Assembly: GCA_964016885.1 (NCBI GenBank)
Contig: OZ024760.1
Span: 34,410,001-34,474,000, forward strand
Length of the DNA: 64,000 nt
Direction: 5' to 3'
Source: Eledone cirrhosa
Lineage: Eukaryota
Positions 42,452 through 57,173 of the stretch are shown in pieces. How positions within the stretch are numbered: position 1 is the stretch's first letter; each line of letters begins with the position of its first letter. The notes beneath the pieces are model-generated. The model searched no databases. It had not been told where the DNA came from and worked only from the letters and a program-made list of their open reading frames with translations. The translations under genes and the position numbers were made by a program.

Positions 42452-45450
42452 TGTGAGAGTGGGGGAGTATCGTTGGGGGTGGCGAACGACGGGGATGGGG
42501 GGAATGTGAGAGGCAATGTAGAAGGTGTTTTACATACATACATACACATACATATACCCATACACACATATGGGTATGGGCACATGAACTCACACTATAT
42601 ATACACATACACACTCACACACACGTATACTCACGCATATACATATACACATACACATATATATATATACACACACATGTACAGACAACACACAGATATA
42701 CACGCACATATGCACATACATGAGCTCACCCACACATATAGTCAGATTCACCCATATACATATATGTAGACGTGCACATATACACACATACATACATATA
42801 GACACACACACATACACATACGCACACACATACACATATATATACAGATATGTACCCACACATACACACATGTATACACCTGTGTTCACATACACACACA
42901 CACATACATATAACTATGCGTACACGCACGCACACTCATACGTCCGTATGTGTAAGAATACTTACACACCGACACACACGCTAACATAGATCGAAACGAT
43001 CCCAAACAAAACTGGCCGACTTGATCTGGGACCTCAAGGACAGGAATATTGAACCCCAGATTTCGTGATCATTAAAAAGACGCGTGGCATATATCCCCAG
43101 TGACAGAAACCACTGCAGATTATGCCTAGCTGAGGCGGCGGAAATAATTAAACTTGATTCCGCCATAAACTATAGGTCGGACATAATTGTCAATTGCAGA
43201 CACACTAGGATGAACACCTTTTCTGCACAAACTTTCGCGGGAGGTGCCACGCACTAACTATGACCCACCATAATAATAACCACATCTGCCCCGTATCACC
43301 ATCGCCCATCTCAACGAATTTTAATTCTAATCTTACTTTACTTTATCTTATTTTATTGTATTGCATTTAACCATATGTAAGCCCGTATTTTGTATATCAT
43401 GCCGCATACATAACCCACACCAAAAATCACACTAACCATGACACACCATATTAATAACCACATATACTCCGTCTCAACATCGCCCACCTCAATGAACTTA
43501 TTGTATTGTACTCCATGTAACCATTTCTAAGCCCGCATTTGTATATCATGCCGCACACATCACCATCACCACCACCAAAATTCACATCAACATACACACC
43601 TCATCGTTGCAACATCGTATTAGATCGGTCCACTATGATACGTTCTAACTTGCAATCCACAATGACAAGGGACCTTGTAAATACAATGTCGAACATATCA
43701 CACCATCGCCACCACCACCACACATCGTCAAATGCCTACCATACACACCTACAACCTCATCCTCCCATATTCCCTCTGTCTACCCTAACCTACAACCCCA
43801 CGCTAAATTCGACCCTGTAATTGTACTGTCGCACGCACACACAACCACCGCCACCAATATCACCCCTCGCTCCCAGATCGACTGTATTATATACCCCCCA
43901 CCCCCCGTCTGCCTTACCCTATAACACACCGTAACCTCTGATCATGTAATCATCTTGTCGAACATATCACCCCAGTACCACCACCGCCACCATGTCAACA
44001 ACACACATCGCCGTACATCCATAGACACCTTCTAACCGGTATTCGATTCTGTATATATCTTTTTATCCCTCACAACTCCACCACCACCACAAAACACAAC
44101 TCCATACTTCACCAACACCGACAACACATACCTCCACTCCGCAACCAACGATAGCGTGTGTGTCGGTGTGTAAGTATTCTTACACTTACGGACGTATGAG
44201 TGTGCTTGCGTGTACGCATAGTTATATGTATGTGTGTGTGTATGTGAACACAGGTGTATACATGTGTGTATGTGTGGGTACATATCTGTATATATATGTG
44301 TATGTGTGTGCGTATGTGTATGTGTGTGTGTGTATGTGTATGTATATGTGCACGTCTACATATATGTATATGGGGGAATCTGACTATGTGTGGGTGGCTC
44401 ATGTATGTGCATATGTGCGTGTATATCTGTGTTGTCTGTACATGTGTGTGTGTGTATATATATGTATATATATATGTGTATGTATGTGTATATGTATATG
44501 CGTGAGTATACGTGTGTGTATGTGTATATTTTGTATACGTGAGTGTGTGTCTATGTGCCCATACCCATATGTGTGTATGGGTATATGTATGTGTATGTAT
44601 GTATGTAAAACACCTTCTACATTGCCTCTCACCTTCCCCCCATCCCCGTCGTTCGCCACCCCCAACGATACTCCCCCACTCTCCATATTCGTAACTGCAT
44701 GCGCACACGCACATACATGTGTGTACATATACATATGGCTGTGTGTGAGCGTGTGTCGATATGTGTGGACAGGGATGTGCGTATGTGTTTTGTGGTGGGT
44801 GTGTTTATACAACAATATGTGTGCACATATATACCTATATGTGTGTGCGTATACGTATATACAAAGCATCTGTCAGACGATGAGCGTCTAGCTATGTATC
44901 TAGGTAATGACCTTGACGCCACCAATACATCCACCTCACCACCACAAACGCCACTACCATAGACAGCGGCACCAATACCACACCCCGACACACACGCCAA
45001 CCCGTCTACTGACAACCCACTAACCTCATACCACAGCCCATCCCACTAAGCAACCATAACCACCACCATATCATAACATCTACCCCTACATACTCTACAC
45101 GCCAAGGCCAATCAACCACCACCACACCATAGCCCATCTCATCCACCCATCGTCACCAACATCTCACCATCACACCCACCCCCAAATACACTATAGGCCA
45201 GTATATCACCTTGATCCTTCCCACCATCAAAACAACTCATTTTGTCAAACTCTTGAATCTCTGACCTTATCACATAGCATGTATTTCATTTTCTTATAGC
45301 ATTTTAAGAAGGTCCGCCGAGCTGCGGATTATTGAGTCGGGTCGGGTAGGATCGATATCGATCGAACTTTGAGCTGATCAGTGGCGAAACGCGCGTCACC
45401 TATCAATAAATGCAATGAAGGAATAATCAATCGTCCTTTTTATCCTTTCT
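42452..45450 (+). mobile_element. PLE family J (Naiad-like): GIY-YIG C-terminal remnant, 2.2-kb 3' UTR, inverted 5' segment
   Basis: ~42995-43257 reads 'TKLADLIWDLK..IS*SL..CRLCLAEAAEII..INYRSDIIVNCRH' (not in the ORF track). 42456-42983 is an inverted copy of 44152-44683. Confidence 0.82.
45310..45401 (+). ncRNA. Hammerhead-like motif with divergent core (family J)
   Basis: aggt-CCGCCGA-gctgc..55 nt..gtggc-GAAA-cgcgcg-TC-acct. Palindrome ACGCGCGT; AATAAA at 45405. Confidence 0.55.
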
Positions 45451-45494
45451 ATATATATATATATATATATAGATATACATATATATATATATAC

Positions 45495-45679
<185 letters not shown>

Positions 45680-45680
45680 T

Positions 45681-47344
45681 AGTATTAATTATACTATTTA
45701 TGGTTATGCAAATACAAAAACCTTTTGTAGTTATATATATTTTTATAAACCCTAAATAGTGGTAGGCAGTAATATATTACTACCTTATTACCAGTAAGTT
45801 AAATAGCTCAATGTAATAACATCAGATGATTTACAGAGCAGTTATATGAATTATAAGAATCAAAGAACTGTTCAAAACATTTTTATGCTTCCAACTGTTT
45901 CCTCCAAACCGAGGTTTGGATTCTTCGGAGCAATTTATTATTGAATGAACACTTATATGACCTCCTTTTCACCCAAGAGACATACAGATACATATGCAAA
46001 TATTGTGGGTCAACATTCATTACAGCATTTAGTGTGGCAGTACACATTTAGAGATTACATTCATATTAAAAGATACAATCAAAAATACAGGTTAAAATAC
46101 AACATGAAATTAAGGGGTTATAGAGTGCAATGGTTATATGTGTGGCAAGCACGTGCGTCTTGTTTATATAGTGTGGAAGAGAGTTACGTGTAATAGAAGC
46201 ACTTAAGCATGTAATCAGGAGTGTTAAGAAGGTTGATCTGGTAATGAATTCTTTATATGATTGTTATAGTCTGTGTGTGGAGAAATAATATAAGTATTAA
46301 AAATAATGTAAGCATTAAAAATATTGTAAATGCGTAGCGAAACGATGATATGGATTTCATGCACTGCGACATTTTCATAGTCTGGGGAGCGTATTTTTCA
46401 GATTATATGCCCCTCACATAATCAACGATGATTTGATATTGGGCGTTTGACAATCCAGTTAGAGAATCGTAGTCTGATGTTCTTTAGCTTAATACAGGAG
46501 GATGTTACGTTGCGAGAATCGACATCGAAATATTACCCAGAAGTGTGTGTGTGGCTAAAGGGAGTTAATGCATGAGGGGAGGTAACTCAGTGGTTTCTAT
46601 TACTAACTATTAAATTGTGTCTCAAAATAGTCCCTAACTTATATGGTTATGCGCAGTTTCTAAAAAATTTCTAAAATTTAAAGTGTTTTAACTATAAAGT
46701 AGTCTATTAAGTTTTTATTATGGTGTTTAACCTCCATCGTAGAGTGCCACAAATGAATATTATACACGACGAGCGAGATTTCTAAATTAATGATCACTGT
46801 GATTGTAGTCTACTCAAAGGACTAGGCAAGGTGTTTGCAGAATCACTTCAACACACAATGATCCCTGGTAAGTTCCGGGTCAGTGCATGCTATATTGGAT
46901 GTCGAAAGATAATGATCACCAGGGCCGACCAGAGGTCAATCCACACTCCTCATGTCTCCAATCTGACCATCAAATCATACATATATGTACAACCCATACG
47001 CCACTTGCAATACATTCACTGCACTCAGCATACCGGTCGTACAGCTCATCAACGTTACTGGATTAGTTAGTTTTCCATTTATCCAATGATGGCACTTCCT
47101 CCGCATAGCACCAACAATACAATCAATTCAATGCTTAAATTTTACATTAACTATAAAGTGGTGTTGTGCAGTTCAAGCAACTGGATGTAGTCACACCTAA
47201 AGTAGAAGTACAAAGGGGTATTCCCACTGTGAAGGGTTCTAGAGGGGTGTCCCGATTTGTGTTATATTAGATCAATGAGTGTGGGGATGTGGTGTAATGT
47301 GTGCCCCTGGTGTTTGATGCTAGAGGTGGTGTCTGGTTCAAGTC
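45681..47344 (-). mobile_element. Diverged PLE family H copy, 3' UTR/pseudo-LTR only
   Basis: Colinear homology with 26762-28000 and, in reverse, with 29488-29950. Confidence 0.82.
45886..45933 (-). ncRNA. Hammerhead-like motif (family H), CCGAAGA core, cleavage triplet mutated
   Basis: ttgct-CCGAAGA-atccaaacctcggtttggag-GAAA-cagttg-GA-agca. Confidence 0.5.
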
Positions 47345-49416
47345 CATCACTGACGCTGATAAGAAGGAAGCTTGGAAGTGTCACTACGAAAGGCTACTAA
47401 ATGAGGAGAATAAATGGGAGAAAGACAGTCTCCCCCACATCGATTCAATAGAGGGACCAGCAGTGCTAGTTGAAGGTTGTATAATAAGTAAGGCAATCAA
47501 AGATATGAAGACGGGTAAGGCAGCTGGGCCTTCAGAAATAGTTGCTGAAATGCTGAAAGCATCTGGAACGGTGGGACACACTATGGTCACCCGGATAGTA
47601 AACCAAGTCATACAGCGGTAACTATAGAGGCCTTAAATTAATCGACCAGGTCATGAAGGTCACAGAAAAAGTAATAGCGCAACTAATCAGAGAACGAATT
47701 GATCTAGATGAAATGCAGTTCGGGTTTGTGTCAGGTAAAAGTACGACAGACGCTCTTTTCATGGTACGACAACTACAGGAGAAGTACCTAGCTAAAAGTA
47801 AACCCCTATACTTAGCTTTTGTTGATTTGAAGAAAGCCTTTGACAGAGTCCCCCGCTCCGTTATCTGGTGGGCGCTTTGAAAACTAGGCGTTGATGAATG
47901 GCTTGTGAGAGCTATACAAGCCATGTATAAAGAAACAGTCAGCAAGGTTAGAATTAACAACGAATATAGTGAAGAGTTTAGCGTAAAAGTTGGTGTTCAT
48001 CAGGGCTCCGTTCTTAGCCCCCTACTATTTATTATTGCCCTTCAGACTATAACAGAGGAGTTCAAAACCGGCTGCTCATGGGAACTCCTATATGCAGATG
48101 ATCTAACGCTCATAGCTGAATCAATGGCTGAACTAGAGAAGAAATTCCAAACATGGAAGCACGGCCTAGAATCAAAAGGCCTTAAAGTTAACTTGTCTAA
48201 GACTAAAGTTCTAGTTTGTAAGAAGGAAAATAGGGCACTGGTTACATCCGGGAAATGGCCATGCTCAGTGTGTAGGAAAGGAATAGGTAGAAACTCCATT
48301 TTATGTCACAAATGCAAAGTATGGGTGCATAAAAGATGTAGTGGGATCACAGGTAAGCTAACTAAGAATATAGATTTTATATGTGGCCGGTGCTCTGGTG
48401 CAATAAGTAGCAGCAAGTGCCCACAGAATACTAGCTCATTCCATTGCACAGATGGTTCTATAGAAATAGTGCACACCTTCCGTTACCTGGTTGACAAAAT
48501 CAGCAGTGGTGGAGGGTGCTCTGAAAGTACAGTAGCTAGAGTCAGAACCGGATGGAAAAAGTTCAGAGAGCTTATACCAGTATTGGCTGCTAAAGGGTTC
48601 TCTCTAAAAATGAAAGGCAGGCTGTATGATGCCTGCATACAAACAGCGATGTTACATGGCAGTGAAACCTGGGCATTGTGTGCAGAGGATATACGCAGAC
48701 TGGAGAGAAACGAAGCTTGCATGCTCCGCTGGATGTGTAATAGTAATATACGTGAACGGCAAAGCATAAACGAACTAAGGGAGAAATAAGGAATAAGAGG
48801 GATCAGATGATGTTTACTCGAGAGAAGACTACGTTGGTACGGTCACCTGATGCGCATGAAAGACGACAGCTGTATAAAAAAGTGCAGGGCGATAAAAATA
48901 GACGGTAGCCATGGAGTAGGCAGACCCAGAAAAAACCTGGGACGACTTAATAAATTCCGACCTCACACACTTACACCTCTCCAAGACAATGTCACTGGAC
49001 CGAGATCTTTGGCGCTACACAGTCATACAGAAGACCCGCCTTGCCTAAGTACAAAGCGAAACCTATAGTCAGTAGGCACCTCTAACATAATACACCCCTG
49101 CCCCACTCCCCCCCTCTTAAATGTGAAGTTATGTTGGTACCACAACATCCAGTCCAAAACAAATGAGGTCATGTAGGTGTCACAACAAAACAAAACACAC
49201 AGTCCACGCTGTAATGTGGCCGTGTAGGTAACACGGTAAAAACCTCCCAGTCAACACTGTAAACATGGTTGGTGTTAGGAAGGGCATCCAGCCGTAGAAA
49301 ACCCGCCAGACAGTCCTATACGAGCAGGATAACAAATCTTGCCTCAAGTGGGAAAACTCCCGTCGAAACCCATGCATGTGGAAGATGGATGTTAAACGAT
49401 GATAATGATGATTATG
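47345..49416 (+). mobile_element. RTE-clade LINE, 5'-truncated, with PHD insert and (ATG)n tail
   Basis: 'DLKKAFD', 'GVHQGSVLSP', 'LLYADD', C4HC3 motif at 48262-48393, 'HGSETW'. In-frame stops and a deletion near 47620. Confidence 0.94.
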
Positions 49417-49455
49417 ATATATATATATATGTATATATATGAATATATATATATG

Positions 49456-49536
<81 letters not shown>

Positions 49537-49580
49537 GTATATATATATGTATATATATATATATATATGTATGTATATAC

Positions 49581-50835
49581 TCCCATATACACATAACCAA
49601 GCCCTAAATACCAGAATATGTAAAAATTATACGCCAAAACAGTCAAATATACGTACGAGAAGGTATACATACCTTCACAAAACATACGGGTAATATATAC
49701 TTACCTATGCAAAAAGTAAAGGAATAAACAAAACATATACTTAGCTCCCACATCGAGACGAAAATATCCACGTATAGATCGTGCTATCCGTTAGGGTATA
49801 ACGTAGGGCTGTAATACAGGAAAGTTTTGTGCAATTTATGTTTACAAGCCGAAATTGCCTCAGATTTTTTGTTTAAGATGTGGTCTGTGGCGTAGAGTAT
49901 TTCCAGGGCCTCAGCGGCGCAGAGGTCACATGGTCTTTTATTTCCGTTATACGATCTAGCCCTAGCTAGGATCTCCCAGTGTAACTTATATTGGGTGTGG
50001 TTGTCTTTTAGACTCCAGATATAAGCTGAAAGTGACGTCATATTCCTTCCGTGAGTATGCAGGTTCGTACGTATGGTGGGTGTGTGTATATGTGTACTTC
50101 TTGTTTTAGTTGACTTACGTCTCCGAACCTTCATGTATTTATTTGTAGGTATGTGTGTGCGCTTGTTATATACGTATTTATTTACTTATATACGTTTATA
50201 TAATTATTTATTTATTTGTACACAAGCATACACACATACACATATTTATATGTGCGTGGTTTTGTATACCTATGGTAAGGTTTTGCGTATGCTTGTGTAT
50301 GTACGTATCTGTTTGCGTGTATGTATTTATTTGTTCCTATTACTTCTGTAATGTATTTATTTACTTTGTTCTTAACTCTGAAGCGGAGATTCATTCGGTC
50401 TCCTAGTTAGAATTTTAGTCTACGACTTCTGCTATACCATTTACGTGGTTTTGTCTTTGCATGCTATTGTTCTCCACGCTCCACATATGACTTATTATCT
50501 TCGTTTTTTCGTTCATTGCCAGAGAACGTCTCTATGCACCACTTAGAGAACATTAGTCTACGACCTCTTTTATACCATAAACGTGGTTCTGTCCTTGCAC
50601 GTAATTGTTTTTCACCGCTCCTATTAATGACGTATTATTCAGTTTTTTTCCCATTCTTTGCCAGCGAACGTCACCATGAACCAAAGTATCGTCTTCCTGT
50701 CTTCCTCCGGTTGCAACGTTTTTTGAAATATCCAGTTCTGCGTTTACAGATTGACTTTGTTAGTTTCAGAAGATCCCGTTAAGGGTGAAAGCAGCGATTC
50801 TTTGCTTAAACTTTAATCTGTTATTTTAATAAATA
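49581..50835. mobile_element. PLE family B copy with 5' inversion: 49581-50046 on minus (GIY-YIG end), 50051-50835 on plus (rest of the 3' UTR)
   Basis: 'TSLSAYIWSLK..WEIL..CDLC..E..LNKKSE..CKH'. The two halves are nearly contiguous in the 12462-13517 copy. Confidence 0.88.
50762..50812 (+). ncRNA. Hammerhead-like motif, CAGAAGA core (family B, best-paired copy)
   Basis: agttt-CAGAAGA-t ccc gttaa ggg t-GAAA-gcag cgattct ttgc-TT-aaact; distal stem cagattga/ttaatctg. Confidence 0.63.
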
Positions 50836-52301
<1,466 letters not shown>

Positions 52302-52914
52302 ACTTTCGCCCGACCACACCTTGAATACTGTTGTCCACTGTGGTCTCCCCACACGAAACAAAGTATCATGAAACTTGAAGCTCCTCAAAGGGCAATCACG
52401 AAAAAGATAGATGGCATGTCAGACCTTGACTACTGGGGTCGATTGGAAAACCTGAAACTTTACTCACTCCAACGTCGCCGTGAGCGTTATATTATCTGCA
52501 TGATGTGGAAAATGTTCCATCATCACTGCCCAAATGATGTTGGCATCGCCTTCAAGATACACCCAAGGCTTGGGCCCCGTGCTATCCGTCCCATTCAAAA
52601 ATCTAAATCGCAACTCATAACAACAATACGGCACAATTATTTCACCTCAATCGGCCCTGCTCTCTTCAACATCACACCAGGACACGTCAAAACAGAAACT
52701 GACCACACAAAATTCAAGAAGTCTTTGGACAAATTCCTCCAAGTAATCCCGGACAAACCACCCACACCCGGATATGTCTCCGCAAACAGTAATTCTCTTC
52801 TCGAATGGGCCATGGTGCCCAAATCCTGAATTGAAAGACTTCGCCAGGTGGTGCTATTAAGTTAGACATGGCCTGGGCCAATACTGGCCAAAACATTTCA
52901 AAGTTATTCAAAGT

Positions 52915-52916
<2 letters not shown>
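52302..52916 (+). mobile_element. CR1/L2-group LINE 3' fragment, near-identical to 35598-36211
   Basis: ORF 52368-52829 has the same translation as the 35686 copy; tail (TTCAAAGTTA)2. Confidence 0.94.
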
Positions 52917-52946
<30 letters not shown>

Positions 52947-53229
52947 CGAATAACGAAACGAAATTAAATTTTGTTTCGCTTCTAACTCACTTTTGTATGA
53001 CTGACGCTTAAATAATTAAGTTAAAGTGTACATCTATATATGTATACGGAAGTATTAGTATGCATATAAATACACATATGTATACATATGTACATGTACC
53101 GAGCTTTTCACTAGACACTTTACAGTGAGTGTCCAGCTAGTCTGTATGTAGACAGACGAACCGGGTTTTAGAGTCATACGAGTTTTCAAGGAAACACATT
53201 TCCTCTATTCTCCAGAGAGCCAGACAGGA

Positions 53230-53272
53230 ATATTGGACTAGTTTCGATGTTATTACATCTCATCAGCAATAT
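53230..53272 (-). ncRNA. Minimal type I hammerhead ribozyme (family K, inverted arm)
   Basis: Exact reverse complement of 53621-53663. Confidence 0.9.
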
Positions 53273-53620
53273 ATACCTATCTTTCCGGCTTCTCTGGAGA
53301 ATTGTAAGTGTCTAGTGAAAAGCTCGGTACATGTACATATGTATACATATGTGTATTTATATGCATACTAATACTTCCGTATACATATATAGATGTACAC
53401 TTTAACTTAATTGTTTAAGCGTCAGTCATACAAAAGTGAGTTAGAAGCGAAACGAAATTTAATTTCGTTTCGTTATTCGTTTTTATCGTTTCCGCTGAAC
53501 CGGTGCGTACAATGACTCACGTTCTATGCAAATTAGTCTGCCCACTACTGATTTTCATAGAAAAAGCATATAACGATATGTGCTTTTACAATTCTCCAGA
53601 GAAGCCGGAAAGATAGGTAT

Positions 53621-53663
53621 ATATTGCTGATGAGATGTAATAACATCGAAACTAGTCCAATAT
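53621..53663 (+). ncRNA. Minimal type I hammerhead ribozyme (family K)
   Basis: atattg-CTGATGA-gatgt aata acatc-GAAA-ctag-TC-caatat. Perfect stems I and II, palindrome ACTAGT, predicted cleavage after C53657. Confidence 0.92.
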
Positions 53664-53898
53664 TCCTGTCTGGCTCTCTGGAGAATAGAGGAAATGTGTT
53701 TCCTTGAAAGCTCGTATGACTCTAAAACCCGGTTCGTCTGTTTACATACAGACTAGCTGGACACTCACTGTAAAGTGTCTAGTGAAAAGCTCGGTACATG
53801 TACATATGTATACATGTGTGTATTTATATGCATACTAATACTTCCGTATACATATATAGATGTACACTTTAACTTAATTATATATATATATATATATA

Positions 53899-54291
53899 TT
53901 ACTCTTTTACCCTTTTACTCTTTTACCTGTTTCAGCCATCCGGCTGAGGCCATGCTGGGGCACCGCCCTTGTTGCCACACATTTTATCTCCAGCCTGTAC
54001 AGGTTGGCCACTGGTGTAGGAGGGGGTTTGTTGCTGCTGCCCTTAGGTTTCCCTCGTGTCTTGCTGTGGGCTCATCCGGGATCCTGGATAACAAGGTGTC
54101 GAGATGTTTCTTAAAGACATCCACCTCCACGTCATGCAAGTCTCGCAGATGCCTCGGCAGCCTGTTGAAGAGTTGAGGGCCCTTGAATCCCAGGCTATTG
54201 CAATACCTGCTCCTTATTCTAGATGTGGAAGACGGGACCTTTGGCACCACACAGTGACGTCCTGTTCGACGGTTGGTCCAGCTCCCAATGC
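53899..54291 (-). mobile_element. 3' fragment of another CR1/L2-group LINE with a (GTAAAAGA)n-type tail
   Basis: 'NSLGFKGPQLFNRLP..FKKHLDTLLSRIPDEP' resembles the C-terminus of the other LINE family; ctcttttac repeats at 53902-53927. Confidence 0.82.
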
Positions 54292-54300
54292 CAGAAATAA

Positions 54301-54446
54301 TATTTCTGAAGACGGCATATATATGTGTTGGTATGTATATTTAATTTTGATAGTTTGTATAATTTTGTATAATTTTGTACATAGATCTGTTGAATATGCA
54401 TGCCAATTCTAACACATATATATCCTAGAAACGATCGTTAAATAAT
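54301..54446 (+). ncRNA. Hammerhead motif with long stem II (family G, third copy; element 54292-54512)
   Basis: Near-identical to 26432-26579. Confidence 0.68.
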
Positions 54447-54512
54447 GAACTTTTTTTGTTTAATATAAGGAACTGTTTCATTGTTTTATTCATTATTTTT
54501 TTAATATTTTAT

Positions 54513-55457
<945 letters not shown>

Positions 55458-55496
55458 TAATATAAGATCAAAAGATGGTTAAAGGAGTTCCATGTA

Positions 55497-55563
55497 TTTT
55501 ATTATGCGCATTTCAAAAACAAACATCATCATGCAATAATATTTGTGTTTTCATCAGATAAAA
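55497..55563 (-). ncRNA. Hammerhead ribozyme (family C, inverted arm)
   Basis: Reverse complement of 55691-55757. Confidence 0.8.
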
Positions 55564-55690
55564 CAGGAGAACATGATATGAAGGCTAAAAAACACTTGTG
55601 GATAGTGCAGTTTTAAATCTACATATCATATGTAGATTTAAAACTGCACTATCCACAAGTGTTTTTTAGCCTTCATATCAGGTTCTCCTG

Positions 55691-55757
55691 TTTTATCTGA
55701 TGAAAACACAAATATTATTGCATGATGATGTTTGTTTTTGAAATGCGCATAATAAAA
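55691..55757 (+). ncRNA. Hammerhead ribozyme (family C)
   Basis: Identical motif to 41216-41282. Confidence 0.8.
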
Positions 55758-55904
55758 TACATGGAACTCCTTTAACCATCTTTTGATCTTATATTATGCA
55801 TACTCCAGTCCTACAAACTGTAGAGTGCTTCTTATCCGATATCTGCATTGCTTTATTGTACTACAATAAAACTCACCTCCTACATATGTATATATATATA
55901 TATA

Positions 55905-55957
<53 letters not shown>

Positions 55958-55986
55958 ATATATATATATATGTGTATATATATATA

Positions 55987-56021
<35 letters not shown>

Positions 56022-56556
56022 GAACCAGTAAGACCCCGACAGCTGAGCTCAAGCCGTTTCGACGGCTAATTCTGGACTAAATGAAAATTTATCCTGGTAT
56101 TTAAATAGCCGATCTTCTCAAGGGGTAATTCCATATATGGTCAAAGTGATTGTCAAAAATCAGTAGTAATTCTGTGGTTGCAAATTAGTAGGGGAGATGG
56201 TGGCTAAACCTGCCAGTAGGAGAAAGAGGGGAGGGGGTGGAGTAGCCCCAGTCAAGCGTTTTTAGTGCCAGCTACAGCTGGGCATGAGGTCAAAGAAGAT
56301 ACAGGGGAGGGGGAGGGGAGGAAGTCGGAACGGTAGGTAGAACAATGGGGGGTAGAAAAATATAGGAAAGAAAAAATACTGAGAGTGAAGAAAAGCAAAT
56401 AAGTGTAAAGAAAAACAAATGAATGGAAAGAAAAAAGTAAAGTAAATTAAATTCTACGACCTAGGTCTCTAGCTATTGTTAGTCTAGAATAAATAAATAA
56501 ATAAAGAAAGAAAGAAGTAAGATATATATATATATATATGTGTGTATATATATATA

Positions 56557-56623
<67 letters not shown>

Positions 56624-56849
56624 TTCGTTTCTGAATTTGTTTAGCAAGATTCTTTATCTGAAATCGTGTGTTGAAACCGATATTGTTATACTTTGGGAGG
56701 GTCATGTTGCCAATAAGAAACACACGCACCAGTTGCTTTCACTTCAATTTATTATATATTTATAAATTTATAAATTTACATATTTACAAACTTATAAATT
56801 TCTGGTTGGTTGGTTGGTTGGTTTCACAACCAGATAGTTGTTTATATAT

Positions 56850-56894
56850 AGTCATAGTCCTTTCGTCACACACTCTGTGACCTCTTCAGTGACT
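56850..56894 (-). ncRNA. Type I hammerhead motif (family F)
   Basis: agtca-CTGAAGA-g-gtcaca gagtg tgtgac-GAAA-ggac-TA-tgact; one extra nucleotide before stem II. Confidence 0.75.
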
Positions 56895-57173
56895 GGGGAT
56901 TCCTTTCTTTGTTTCTGTGCCTTTCCTTTCTTCTATCCTACGCCATTTTGTTTCTGTGTGTGTGTTGTGTGCTCAGTTTGCGCATGCGCCACATCCGGGT
57001 GTCTGTGTGTGTTTGTGTTCATTTATCTATTTGTTTATTTATTTATTTATTTATCGTTGGTTGGTTGTTTGTTCTATGTGTGTGTGTGTTTTCATTTTGT
57101 CCTGTGTGTGTTTTCATTTTGTCCTTAATTGTAAGTTGTTTGTTCTATGTGTGTGTGTGTTTTCATTTTGTCC

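Larger units (their letters stand above)
52942..53880. mobile_element. Non-coding retrozyme-like element: 467-nt HHR monomer, 1.2 units on plus (53308-53880) and an inverted 0.8 unit (52942-53307)
   Basis: Direct repeat gtgtctagtgaaaagctcgg.. at 53308 and 53775. The inverted arm spans the monomer junction. No RT/EN homology visible. Confidence 0.78.
55458..55885. mobile_element. Fold-back insertion of HHR family C (palindrome 55458-55795, centre ~55627)
   Basis: ~168-bp reverse-complement arms; the right arm continues as in 41319-41410. Confidence 0.9.

Noticed and set aside
43066-43068. In-frame TGA in a Naiad-like GIY-YIG as possible selenocysteine
   Set aside because: It aligns with the conserved Trp of the other copies (LNW, LKW, LHW), so it is a TGG>TGA nonsense change; the Cys codons are ordinary.
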